Part shown: positions 47,576 through 56,832 of the stretch, one piece after another
Layout of the letters: each line of letters begins with the position of its first letter
Numbering within the stretch: position 1 is the stretch's first letter
Sequence record: MT135025.1
Direction: 5' to 3' (one strand)
DNA length: 64,000 nt
Program-made: the position numbers and the translations under genes
The notes under the pieces: model-generated
What the model was told of the DNA's origin: nothing
Seen by the model: only the letters and a program-made list of their open reading frames with translations
The model's database searches: none

Positions 47576-48493
47576 ATGAAACTGATTGTAACCGTCGGTG
47601 TGCCTGCGTCCGGCAAAACTACGTGGGCTGAGAAATTCTGTGCAAACGGAAAAGCAGTAAATGTCAATCGCGACGACACTCGTCAAGAACTGTTCGGTCC
47701 TTTCAAGTGGGGCGAATACAGCTTCAAGAAGCAGAACGAAGAACTTGTGACGAAAGTCAACAAAGACAAAGCTATGCTTGCCCTACGTTCTGGTAAAGAC
47801 GTTGTAATCTCTGATACTAACCTTGTGCCAGAGCGTCGTGAAGAGTGGCGTAATATCGCTAAACAGCTTGGTGCTGAATACGAAGAGAAGTTGTTTCATA
47901 TCTCTTTCGATGAAGCATTTGCACGCGATAAAGCTCGTGAAATGTCAGTTGGTGGTAAAGTTCTAACAACTATGTTCCAGAACTACCACAAAAACAACCG
48001 CGATTTGATTATCGCGCACTTCAAATCACTGCTTGAGCCTCTTTGGGAAGCAGGTACTGAGTTGTGCGTATTGTCTGACATCGACGGCACAGTTGCTGAA
48101 ATGCACAAAGGTGTTAAAGGTCGTCGTAGCCCATTTGAATGGCTACGTGTTGAAGAAGACTCACCGCGTGACACCGTAATCGAAATGCTAGATCTTCTAA
48201 GCGCCCACTATCCAATCATTTTCATGAGCGGTCGTGATGGTGTTTGTGAAGAGCATACACGCCGTTGGCTATTGAAGCATATGCCATTCGCGTATTCAAG
48301 TGGGTTTGACTTGGTCATGCGTGGTAAAGGCGATTCACGCCCAGACTGGGTAATCAAACTAGAATTGCTACTAGAATTAGCAAAACGTGGTTATCGTCGT
48401 CCTATCGTGATGTTCGATGATCGTGATCAAGTAGTCAATACTCTACGTGAAGTAGGTGTTGAAGTGTTCCAAGTACAACCAGGTAACTTTTAA
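47576..48493 (+). CDS. pseT: Polynucleotide 5'-kinase/3'-phosphatase
   Basis: GVPASGKTT, NRDD, SDTNL, DIDGT, SGRD, FDDR. Confidence 0.96.
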   Translation: MKLIVTVGVPASGKTTWAEKFCANGKAVNVNRDDTRQELFGPFKWGEYSFKKQNEELVTKVNKDKAMLALRSGKDVVISDTNLVPERREEWRNIAKQLGAEYEEKLFHISFDEAFARDKAREMSVGGKVLTTMFQNYHKNNRDLIIAHFKSLLEPLWEAGTELCVLSDIDGTVAEMHKGVKGRRSPFEWLRVEEDSPRDTVIEMLDLLSAHYPIIFMSGRDGVCEEHTRRWLLKHMPFAYSSGFDLVMRGKGDSRPDWVIKLELLLELAKRGYRRPIVMFDDRDQVVNTLREVGVEVFQVQPGNF

Positions 48494-48502
48494 GGCAAAA
48501 TT

Positions 48503-49024
48503 ATGACTGAAGTATTAATCACAATCGCTGCAATTGCATTTGTAGCACTCGTAGTAACACTGATCGTACGTGCTCGTACCAAGCAAAAAGAAGAAGCTGC
48601 GAATGCATTGTCAATGCGTGAAGCTGCGGCTAATCGCACACGTGAACAACTCGAATCAATCAGCGCAATGAGTAACGGTGCTTCTCGTATGAAGTCTAAA
48701 GCTCCATCACGACCTGCGAGTTCTTCTCGACATAGCGCACCATCACGTTCTCGTACGCGACGTGACGACGATGACATCATCACGAACCCGCTGCACCCGT
48801 TAAATCCGATTACTGACCCGGTCGGTCTGTATGAACGCGATGAACCAAGCTACTCTGCACCTGAGCCGAGTTACAGTGAGCCAGAACGTAGTCCGAGCGT
48901 ATCAAGCCCAGGCAGCTACTCATTCGGTGGTAGTTCGGATAGCGGCTCAAGCTACTCAAGCTCAAGTGACAGTGGTTCAAGTTACTCAAGCAGCGATAGT
49001 AGTTCAGGTGGGAGCTTCGACTAA
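48503..49024 (+). CDS. Membrane-anchored protein with Ser-rich low-complexity tail
   Basis: N-terminal TM; DSGSSYSSSS repeats. Confidence 0.75.
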   Translation: MTEVLITIAAIAFVALVVTLIVRARTKQKEEAANALSMREAAANRTREQLESISAMSNGASRMKSKAPSRPASSSRHSAPSRSRTRRDDDDIITNPLHPLNPITDPVGLYERDEPSYSAPEPSYSEPERSPSVSSPGSYSFGGSSDSGSSYSSSSDSGSSYSSSDSSSGGSFD

Positions 49025-49536
49025 TGATTGTATCTGAAATTCGTGGCGACTTGGTCGCCACCCTTGCTCAAGCAATTGAAAATCCGAATCATCAACGTAC
49101 GTTTATCATGGGGCAGGGTTGTAACTGCTTTATCAGACAAGGTTCTGGTATTGCAGGTCAGCTACGGCGTTTCCCTGAAGTATATCAAGCTGATATTGAC
49201 TACGGTCGTGAAGGCGATCCGTTGAAACTTGGTGAATTCTCTGTTGCATTGTTCGACAAACACGGAACTGTTCCACAAGCTGCTGTGTTCAACCTGTACA
49301 CGCAGTTTAGTATGGGGACTCGTGAGCGTCATGCTGAATATTCAGCAATCAAAGAAGGCGTTCGCGCTATGGTTCGCTACCTTGAAGACAATGACGACAA
49401 GATCTACTTGCCATTAATCGGTGCTGGATTAGCTGGCGGCGATTGGGAAATCATTCGCCATATCATCGACAAATCAAGTGGAAATAAAGAAATTGTCATT
49501 GTACATTTCGAAGAAGGCACACTAATCGACTGGTGA
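49024..49536 (+). CDS. Macrodomain ADP-ribose-processing protein (Tk.4-like)
   Basis: QGCNCF..GSGIAGQL, NLYTQF, PLIGAGLAGGDW. Confidence 0.88.
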   Translation: MIVSEIRGDLVATLAQAIENPNHQRTFIMGQGCNCFIRQGSGIAGQLRRFPEVYQADIDYGREGDPLKLGEFSVALFDKHGTVPQAAVFNLYTQFSMGTRERHAEYSAIKEGVRAMVRYLEDNDDKIYLPLIGAGLAGGDWEIIRHIIDKSSGNKEIVIVHFEEGTLIDW

Positions 49537-49539
49537 TTT

Positions 49540-49710
49540 ATGTTTACCTCAGCATTTGTGTATAACGCACTGATTTTTCTCGCTATTCTATCTGTTGGTG
49601 CTATTTTTGCATATTTTATCGCGAAAATGCTTGACAAGAGTGAGGAGAAACGTGTTAAACTACGTCACAAGCTCATAAGACAACGAGCGAGAAAGAGACT
49701 ACCGAAATGA
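49540..49710 (+). CDS. Small membrane protein (not in ORF track)
   Basis: MFTSAFVYNALIFLAIL..basic tail. Confidence 0.55.
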   Translation: MFTSAFVYNALIFLAILSVGAIFAYFIAKMLDKSEEKRVKLRHKLIRQRARKRLPK

Positions 49711-49937
49711 GTTTTGAAACAAACAAAAAGCTTGCCGAAGCATTTGACTCATGGCGTGTAGTGCCTAGAATTTTAGTTGCACTGTACTGTTACTTACTGT
49801 ATACTACAGCAATATGGTTCATGGCACTGCCTGATCCGTCAGCAACTCAATCAGCATTCGTATCGACAATTGTCGGTGCGGGTGCGGCAATCTTCGGCTT
49901 ATACACTAATTCTGGAAAAGGAAAGACTAATGGCTAA
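49707..49937 (+). CDS. Two-TM membrane protein
   Basis: WRVVPRIL..WFM.LPDP..QSAFVS.IVGAG. Confidence 0.7.
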   Translation: MSFETNKKLAEAFDSWRVVPRILVALYCYLLYTTAIWFMALPDPSATQSAFVSTIVGAGAAIFGLYTNSGKGKTNG

Positions 49938-50121
49938 ACGACTATACTCACATGAAGTTGATCACGAACTACAGCGTCGCGACGTTTGGTTGAAAGCGTG
50001 GTGTCATACTGCTAACGCGAATGACTGCAAAGAAACGTCAACTGCAACAAACTATGCTGATGCCTGTCTGGCTGCATTTGACCGTCGTTTTGAAGCTATC
50101 GAGGTAATTAATCATGACTGA
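49930..50121 (+). CDS. Hypothetical protein
   Basis: Start moved to MAKRLY. Confidence 0.65.
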   Translation: MAKRLYSHEVDHELQRRDVWLKAWCHTANANDCKETSTATNYADACLAAFDRRFEAIEVINHD

Positions 50122-50512
50122 TTTTGATATTGCACTACTTAACCCGACTATCATCAAGTCAACTGAAATTGCAGGTCATAACTTCGGTAACAAAGTTATC
50201 GAGATTGTGAGTGATCACATTGACGGCGATGACATGGATAACTTCATTGAATTCATCGTTGAAGCTGAAGCACGAGAGCGTGAGCACCCGTATGTAGGTC
50301 ATTTCTACGGTGATTTGTTAGTCATGAGCTTGTCTGAAGACCGTCATCACTTCGAAGCACGTATGTCTGACGAAGACATTGCGAATCTGACAATCACGAT
50401 TGATGATGCATTTATTCAATACACAAATGAGTTTATTGAATGGTACAAGCAGAAAGCGCGAGAGTTCTTCGATGATGATGAATTGGAATTCATCATTGAA
50501 AACGAAATCTAA
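50114..50512 (+). CDS. Hypothetical acidic protein
   Basis: ORF. Confidence 0.75.
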   Translation: MTDFDIALLNPTIIKSTEIAGHNFGNKVIEIVSDHIDGDDMDNFIEFIVEAEAREREHPYVGHFYGDLLVMSLSEDRHHFEARMSDEDIANLTITIDDAFIQYTNEFIEWYKQKAREFFDDDELEFIIENEI

Positions 50513-50513
50513 C

Positions 50514-50542
50514 AAAATCCCGTCTCTATTGGCGGGATTTTT
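50514..50542 (+). terminator. Intrinsic terminator
   Basis: aaaatcccg..cgggattttt. Confidence 0.8.
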
Positions 50543-50585
50543 AGTTTTCATCTAAATAGAAGAAACAACACAAAAAGGTATCATA

Positions 50586-52037
50586 ATGAAACTGTTTACT
50601 GAATTTTATCAAGAAGTTCGACTTGACGAAATCTCAGATCGTGCGAATATCGACATTGATTGGGATTGGGGTCATGAGAACGGTACGGGAGAAACTTCGG
50701 CGAGATTTGACGCAGCCGGTGAGAAATTCCAAGTTAGCGTTGACGAGAGTAACCCGGGTTATTTCACGATCACATTCCAGAACTCTAGTGGTTATTCTCA
50801 GACTGGTAGAGCGGGACACTCTGCGGCTGCTGTATTCTCTGGCGTATTGACGACTTTACGTGAATTCACCGAAACGTACGAAGAAGAAATGGGCATGAAA
50901 CCATATGAATATGACTTCAGCGCAGCGTACGAACTACCGCGAAATCACGACTATTACTCATTGGTTAACAATCGTCGCGAGGCAACTCGTTTAGATGAAG
51001 AAAGTAAGAAAAAGCTATTGAAAGACTTGATTTCTCGCCCTATGCTTTACTACGCACTATCGTTGACTTTTGGTAAAGAATACGGCTATTCAACTGAAAT
51101 TAGCGACCGTTGGCTTGCTCGTCTTGCAGGGGGCGCGAATGATTTCCGTTCCGTTCGTAAGAACGTGACTCGAAGCATTCTGTCGATGAATGACAACGAC
51201 GTTAACCAAGCGTTGATGAACATGAGCGGTTCTGTTTCGTTCACTCTTACCAACGAAAACGAACGTCCTAGCAGCTACGACACAGCATTCGGTGGCGGTC
51301 CGTCTCTTGAAGACTACGTTGATGAAGCAGACCAATACCAAATCGAAGCGTGGATCAATGATGGTCGTGAAGATGAAATCATCGAACATGCTGATTGGCA
51401 AACTCTAGTTCGCATTGCGGAATGGGGTCTGATGCACGATGAACTGATTTTCCATGATGATGAAGACGTTCGAAACGCGGTAATTCGCACAGACTACGAA
51501 ATGGGCGAGAAACTAGCCGAATCGCCTGAGTGGGAACATCGTAAACAAGCTGCTGAAAATGGTTTTGGCATTTGGGATCTTGTTCTTGACTCTGACGAAG
51601 ACGTGCGCGAAGCTGCATGGGACTGGTCGTTTGAAAATGACGATGCTGATACTCGAATCACATACGCGAAACGCTACGAAGGCAACTTCGGTCGCGCAAT
51701 GGCTGAAGACGTGTGGGATCGCATGATCGACGATTCAGATGACTATGAAGAGCGTCAATACGTAGCTGAACAAGGTTATCGTCTTGAAGAACTTCTAGCA
51801 GACCATGACGAAGACGTGCGTTCTTCTGCAATCAATGCTGTATTCACGGTAATGGGTCTGGATGGTCGAGAAGCGGCTGAGTTCTTGATGGAAAACTCTG
51901 AACCTTACCAAGAAGAAGTGTTTGAATACGCGATTAACGGTAACTTCGGTCCATCTTTCGATGAAGCACTAATCGAAATTGCTGAAGAAAACGGCGTTGA
52001 TGTTTCTGAGTACAAAGACGAAGAAGACGACGAATAA
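50586..52037 (+). CDS. Late protein with acidic HEAT/LRV-like repeats; candidate virion-packaged
   Basis: TCTAAATA at 50551; leader MKLFTEFYQEVRLDE; repeats D.DEDVR. Confidence 0.75.
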   Translation: MKLFTEFYQEVRLDEISDRANIDIDWDWGHENGTGETSARFDAAGEKFQVSVDESNPGYFTITFQNSSGYSQTGRAGHSAAAVFSGVLTTLREFTETYEEEMGMKPYEYDFSAAYELPRNHDYYSLVNNRREATRLDEESKKKLLKDLISRPMLYYALSLTFGKEYGYSTEISDRWLARLAGGANDFRSVRKNVTRSILSMNDNDVNQALMNMSGSVSFTLTNENERPSSYDTAFGGGPSLEDYVDEADQYQIEAWINDGREDEIIEHADWQTLVRIAEWGLMHDELIFHDDEDVRNAVIRTDYEMGEKLAESPEWEHRKQAAENGFGIWDLVLDSDEDVREAAWDWSFENDDADTRITYAKRYEGNFGRAMAEDVWDRMIDDSDDYEERQYVAEQGYRLEELLADHDEDVRSSAINAVFTVMGLDGREAAEFLMENSEPYQEEVFEYAINGNFGPSFDEALIEIAEENGVDVSEYKDEEDDE

Positions 52038-52040
52038 TGA

Positions 52041-52108
52041 AAAAAGGGTTGACAGATGTCAGCCCTTTCGTGTATTCTACGTATAAGAAATCAACGGAGA
52101 GTAATATG
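52041..52108 (+). promoter_or_regulatory. Terminator/promoter fusion cassette
   Basis: aaagggttgac-agat-gtcagcccttt; TTGACA-N18-TATTCT. Confidence 0.75.
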
Positions 52109-52369
52109 AACATCCAAGACTTAACTGAAATCTTTATCAATTTTCATGACGAAAATTATGAAGTTGATGCAACACTTGACCGAATTGAAGACGTAATCGA
52201 CCGAGAAGACGTGCATGGCGTAATGCTGCCATTTTCTCAAGGCGTGAGCATCTTTATTGAAAAGGTCGACAATACCGATCTTACCATTGCTGAATATGAA
52301 GCATTCGTTGTTGAAAAACTTGAAGAAGAGTTCAACGACGAAATTGGCGAAATCGAATTCATTTACTAA
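52106..52369 (+). CDS. Hypothetical very acidic protein
   Basis: Start MNIQDL after GGAG SD. Confidence 0.75.
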   Translation: MNIQDLTEIFINFHDENYEVDATLDRIEDVIDREDVHGVMLPFSQGVSIFIEKVDNTDLTIAEYEAFVVEKLEEEFNDEIGEIEFIY

Positions 52370-52379
52370 GAGAGAAAAC

Positions 52380-53003
52380 ATGCTTCTAGCTGACTACATC
52401 AAACACGCAATGCAAGAATATCACACGATTTTCCCGACACGATTTTCTGTGCTTGAACACCTTTTCGCTACGAATGGGAATGGAATCACGCTCAAAAACG
52501 GTTATATTTATGATCGCGAGACTCGTGAAGTAAAGGCAAAGCCCTTGTTATCGCGTGAAGACATCATTCTAGAAGTGAAAGACGCTTCTGAGCATTCTCT
52601 AGGCATGTGGGCTCGGTTTGTCAAAGAACTCGGTGATGAACACCCAGAGCTAGTCGAAAAATTCAAGAAGAAGATCGACGCACAGCTTGAAGAAGATGAA
52701 CGCACGGTCGAAAGACTATGTAACATCGACGAAGCATACAAAATACATCCAGATTTAACCAATCTGCATGTATATGCATGGGGCGGGGATCGTCGCTACA
52801 TTCCAATGTATGACTTCGAGTATTCGAAGTACGATGACACAATCGAGCAACTTGAGTACTTCAGAGATTGTATTGCCAACGCAACTGTACGTGAAGTCAC
52901 AGAAGACGACTCTCAAACCGATCAGTTCTACGCTCGTGGACTCGTGTCATGGAAAGAAAACATCGGTGAAATCGACAAAATCATCGAGAAGCTTCGTAAG
53001 TAA
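52380..53003 (+). CDS. Hypothetical protein
   Basis: Start MLLADY after GAGAG SD. Confidence 0.75.
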   Translation: MLLADYIKHAMQEYHTIFPTRFSVLEHLFATNGNGITLKNGYIYDRETREVKAKPLLSREDIILEVKDASEHSLGMWARFVKELGDEHPELVEKFKKKIDAQLEEDERTVERLCNIDEAYKIHPDLTNLHVYAWGGDRRYIPMYDFEYSKYDDTIEQLEYFRDCIANATVREVTEDDSQTDQFYARGLVSWKENIGEIDKIIEKLRK

Positions 53004-53004
53004 T

Positions 53005-53052
53005 GTTTAATCTCTCTTGTTTATTGACTATAATTTAAGCATAACAAGAGAG
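53005..53052 (+). promoter_or_regulatory. Class B promoter inside an RBS-sequestering hairpin
   Basis: GTTTAA-N18-TATAAT; ctctcttgtt..aacaagagag. Confidence 0.65.
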
Positions 53053-53060
53053 GTGAACAA

Positions 53061-53276
53061 ATGGGACATTACGATTGCAAAGAATGCGGCACTTTTGGTT
53101 GTTTCGGTGAGTGTCAAGAGCCAGCAAACGTCGAACGAGAAAAACAACGTGTAGAGCGTCAAGCACGTGCTGACAAATACGCTGCGATTATTGATGCTGA
53201 AGAGAGACGAGTACGAGATTTAGAAAAAGCACGCGCATTTTTCTTGGTGCACGATAAGAAAGGGAATCCGATTTAA
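53061..53276 (+). CDS. Small Cys-rich protein
   Basis: CKECGTFGCFGEC. Confidence 0.7.
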   Translation: MGHYDCKECGTFGCFGECQEPANVEREKQRVERQARADKYAAIIDAEERRVRDLEKARAFFLVHDKKGNPI

Positions 53277-53653
53277 TGCTGCACAAGTATTCAACAAATC
53301 GTTTCATGAACATGGTTAATTACATGAGTTCTCAGTTCGTACAGGGTACGATTTTCTTGGGATTCATGCCAATTACAGCGCCTGACGATTCTTGGGGAAT
53401 GAACGTACCTGAGAGTGACCATCGTTGGTGCGCTGTCCATTTATTCGATTCTGAGCAACAAGCTACACGCTCAGACGAAGAAGAACGCGAACAGAAGCGA
53501 ATCAATAAAGGCTACGAGTGGTTGATCGTGCTTTATGGCACTGACAACACATCGTACATGAAACGCTTTAAACGTCGCGAAGACGCAATCGCGTGGTTCT
53601 TCAATGAAGAATCTGTAAAAACACTAGATGGACTATTTTTCTACAATAGTTGA
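53276..53653 (+). CDS. Hypothetical protein
   Basis: ORF. Confidence 0.75.
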   Translation: MLHKYSTNRFMNMVNYMSSQFVQGTIFLGFMPITAPDDSWGMNVPESDHRWCAVHLFDSEQQATRSDEEEREQKRINKGYEWLIVLYGTDNTSYMKRFKRREDAIAWFFNEESVKTLDGLFFYNS

Positions 53654-53655
53654 AT

Positions 53656-53724
53656 AAAAAGGGTTGCACTGTGCAGCCCTTTTCTATATCATGAGCACAT
53701 CAACACGAAAGAGAGACGATTATG
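53656..53724 (+). promoter_or_regulatory. Terminator/promoter fusion cassette and leader
   Basis: aaaagggttgca-ctg-tgcagccctttt; TTGCAC-N17-TATCAT. Confidence 0.78.
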
Positions 53725-54342
53725 AACGTTGAACAAACACTACGCGAATTGAATATCACTAACAACCAAGTTTACACTCGCATCGTAAATGAAGTAATGA
53801 AACCGAACATTCTTTCAATTTATGAACACATGAGATTGAAAATCGGATATAATCAAGAAATTTGGTATGGTGATGCTGATGTGTATGTATCAATCGAGCC
53901 TGCATTCGAGAAATACAGAGAACAGCATGACGTTTTGATCATCAACAACGTTGTATCGTGCTTTGATCGAGCAATTGTCATTGCAATTATCAACAAAGAG
54001 ACTGGCGACATACCATTGTGTAAATGTGTCGAGGGTCAAGGTGTGAAACACGAGGGTTGGAATTTCGGTGATCATCGAGATTGGGAAATTGAGGGGATTG
54101 ATACGCTTCGCGACCATAAGTGGAAATTCGGTTACGAGGATTTACGCGACGACTCGCTTGTGTTTCAGCTAGATTCGATTTGGGCTGATATTCGACCGGA
54201 TAAGCCGTATAACGGTTGGCATCGTTCGTCTTATGGCTGTGGTTTTCATGTTGAGAATCTACTGTACGCAGAACGCGAAATCAGATGGGCATTCAGTGCT
54301 GTTGTTGAAGAAGAAGCATATACAATTTGCGGAAAAGAATAA
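53722..54342 (+). CDS. Hypothetical early protein
   Basis: ORF after cassette. Confidence 0.8.
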   Translation: MNVEQTLRELNITNNQVYTRIVNEVMKPNILSIYEHMRLKIGYNQEIWYGDADVYVSIEPAFEKYREQHDVLIINNVVSCFDRAIVIAIINKETGDIPLCKCVEGQGVKHEGWNFGDHRDWEIEGIDTLRDHKWKFGYEDLRDDSLVFQLDSIWADIRPDKPYNGWHRSSYGCGFHVENLLYAEREIRWAFSAVVEEEAYTICGKE

Positions 54343-54366
54343 AAAGAGGGGCATTCGCCCCTTTTT
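54341..54366. terminator. Bidirectional terminator
   Basis: aaaaagaggggc-attc-gccccttttt between convergent genes. Confidence 0.82.
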
Positions 54367-55420
54367 ATGGTCTGTAGATCATGTGATTTGAACCCATTCG
54401 TTCCCATGTACCTAGATTCATGCGATTTTTCATTTCAGCGAAGAATGCGGGGTTTGCTCTAATGTCATCAAGTGGCAGTGCAACAACACCTTCAGTTTTA
54501 TGCGCCAATAGCTCTAGTTTATCAAGCAAATCAGACGTTGTACGACCGTCATATTTGAATTGACTGAACCAATAACCAATCTTACTGAATTTCGTATCTC
54601 TTGTGTATTTCACATCAAAGCCTTTCAGAGCATACGCTAAGTTACTTTCTTTACCGTGAAACGGCTTGCGATATGCGCTATGTTCAGCACCAGCACGAGC
54701 AAGCAATCTCTTCTTAGCTGCGTCTGGTAGATTGAACCACCCATCAAAGTTTTTCTTGAAGTTCAACATCCATGCTTCTGGCGTAGCTGGTGAGCCTTTG
54801 AAGTATGCTTTCGTATCAGCAATGGCTTGTGCATAGCGTGCGTTAATCTCATGAGAATAGTTCTGATATTCGTCGTGAGACGCTTCGTGACCGCTTTTAG
54901 CGTGACGGATGAACTCTTTATCAATGTATCCGCGTTTACGCCCTGAGTGTTGATACACGCCCTCTGCGTCGCTTGTCTCGAAGTCTTCAATGTCACCAGA
55001 ACGATAGTTGTCGTAAGCGTGTTGCAGTTCATGTAATGCCGTGCTATACAACTGTGGTTTCTGCAATCTGAATTTCGCCATGATTTGACTAACTGCTGTT
55101 ACTCCAGTTATATCCACGACAAGCTTGAGATACCCTGCTTCTGTGATCGAGTCGTCATGTAATTTGCCATTCCAAACACCGAGTTCGGTTGGGTTATTAT
55201 TGTCTAACTTCAGATATGCTAGAATACCTTCAGCTAGTAATGCATCGAACTCACTCTCACCAGTTCTGATATTCAGAGTTTTTGTGTTGACGGATAGTTT
55301 ATTTGGATCCCATGGTGCTTTACTTAGAGCGCCTTCTAACTGGCGTTCCAATGTATCGACGATGGTTTTTGACGCTTGTTCTAATGCGCGTTGTGATTGT
55401 ACGTTTTCAAAAATAATCAT
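54365..55420 (-). CDS. Zincin-like metalloprotease domain protein; probable late gene
   Basis: STALHELQHAYD (HExxH), Y..HEINAR; CTAAATA on the minus strand at 55453-55459. Confidence 0.7.
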   Translation of the reverse strand: MIIFENVQSQRALEQASKTIVDTLERQLEGALSKAPWDPNKLSVNTKTLNIRTGESEFDALLAEGILAYLKLDNNNPTELGVWNGKLHDDSITEAGYLKLVVDITGVTAVSQIMAKFRLQKPQLYSTALHELQHAYDNYRSGDIEDFETSDAEGVYQHSGRKRGYIDKEFIRHAKSGHEASHDEYQNYSHEINARYAQAIADTKAYFKGSPATPEAWMLNFKKNFDGWFNLPDAAKKRLLARAGAEHSAYRKPFHGKESNLAYALKGFDVKYTRDTKFSKIGYWFSQFKYDGRTTSDLLDKLELLAHKTEGVVALPLDDIRANPAFFAEMKNRMNLGTWERMGSNHMIYRP

Positions 55421-55438
55421 CTTTTTTCTCGAATTCGG

Positions 55439-55500
55439 TTGACTGTATTACTTATTTAGGTTAATATCTCTCTCATCGAAACGAAAGAGAGAACATTATG
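55439..55500 (+). promoter_or_regulatory. Class A promoter and leader; its spacer holds the divergent late box
   Basis: TTGACT-N17-TAATAT; tcatcgaaacgaaagagagaacattATG. Confidence 0.75.
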
Positions 55501-56193
55501 ACTAATGCAGCACGCAAATATGTATACGACATCTTCCATGATGAGCTTCAAAAGCCGGTTGTGAATCTAGACGTATTTAAAATCAAGGGTTCAGATGGTA
55601 AGCCAGTGATTAACTATCTATCGAACCCGCACCTACGCAAACAACGCTTTATTATGTTCGTGAATAAACGACATGACAACAAGTACGGACGTTCTCTTTG
55701 GTCGCATGATATTCGTGATGATTGTGACAAAATCGAAGGTACTTGGTCGAGCGTGGCTAAGGAAATCATCAAACGCAAAGCCGAATACGCAAATTACGTG
55801 ACTAAGACGTATCTTGATTACGACTATGGTGTTGAAGAGCCGACCCTTGCAATCATCGACAAGATGCTGAACAAGCCGAAGCGTTTTCACGTTGCAAAGT
55901 ACATCAATAATGAACTGTGTGTCAGTTCGACGAACAATTCAACTGTGCTAATTGATCGTGATACTGGTGTGAAATTCGTTGCGAAGATGCAAGATTATCG
56001 CCATACTAGTGATATAATGCGACTTGCAACACCTGAAAAAGTGTTTACACCTAACGAAGAAAAAGCACTTTGCAGTGCAATTACACATCTTGTAAATTCT
56101 CGCATCAACGATATTCGTGCTAAGAAACGTGCGAAAGAAGAGAAACGCCGCCAAGCAAAACGTCAACAACTAATCGAAGCATACGGGGCATAA
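55498..56193 (+). CDS. Hypothetical early protein
   Basis: ORF after leader. Confidence 0.8.
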   Translation: MTNAARKYVYDIFHDELQKPVVNLDVFKIKGSDGKPVINYLSNPHLRKQRFIMFVNKRHDNKYGRSLWSHDIRDDCDKIEGTWSSVAKEIIKRKAEYANYVTKTYLDYDYGVEEPTLAIIDKMLNKPKRFHVAKYINNELCVSSTNNSTVLIDRDTGVKFVAKMQDYRHTSDIMRLATPEKVFTPNEEKALCSAITHLVNSRINDIRAKKRAKEEKRRQAKRQQLIEAYGA

Positions 56194-56195
56194 TC

Positions 56196-56588
56196 ATGGC
56201 ATACGAAGTAATCAACGGCAAATTGCGTAAAGTAAAGAAAAACAAGCCACGCGACTATGATAAAGAATGGTCAAAGATGCACGAATCTGCCAAGAAGCAA
56301 GTCGAAATCATGGATCGTATTCATGAACGTGAGCGCATTGACCGTCTAGGTACTCGTGAGCGTCACGAAGCAATGATTGACCTTGCTAAACGCAATGAGC
56401 GTAAAGGTAAGAAAGGCGGTGACTGTAACGTAACTCAGTGTCAAAAGCCAGGCGCAAGCTCTTACAACACTGCAATGAGAGCGTATTACTGCGAGTCTTG
56501 TGCTCACGATATTTGGCAAGCAGGTCAACGCGACGGTCGTGACTTCATTCGACCAACACCAGATTACACATACAAGTACGAGGGTTAA
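56196..56588 (+). CDS. Putative Zn-finger protein
   Basis: GGDCNVTQCQ..YYCESCAH. Confidence 0.7.
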   Translation: MAYEVINGKLRKVKKNKPRDYDKEWSKMHESAKKQVEIMDRIHERERIDRLGTRERHEAMIDLAKRNERKGKKGGDCNVTQCQKPGASSYNTAMRAYYCESCAHDIWQAGQRDGRDFIRPTPDYTYKYEG

Positions 56589-56592
56589 TCTC

Positions 56593-56832
56593 ATGGGCGA
56601 TTTTCTATTGGCAATGTTTATCTTCTCGTTCGTAATGGCAAACATCGGTTCGATTTTCATTTGCTTGTATGCGGCATTCAATCGCCAATACAACGTACCG
56701 ATGATCTTAGTTGCACTGTACGGGTTCATGGGTACATTTGTTGTCGGCATCGTGTTCTTTCTGCTGTTCATCTTTGCCAAAATCGAAGAAACGAAATTCT
56801 GGCAAAAACTGTCTAAAATGAGGGAATTCTAA
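56593..56832 (+). CDS. Small membrane protein
   Basis: Two TM segments. Confidence 0.65.
   Translation: MGDFLLAMFIFSFVMANIGSIFICLYAAFNRQYNVPMILVALYGFMGTFVVGIVFFLLFIFAKIEETKFWQKLSKMREF

Noticed and set aside
48940-49010. 30-bp degenerate tandem repeat
   Set aside because: Explained by the Ser-rich DSGSSYSSSS protein tail
49707-49937. Holin call
   Set aside because: Two TM segments alone are not enough; no lysis context or T-holin similarity recognised
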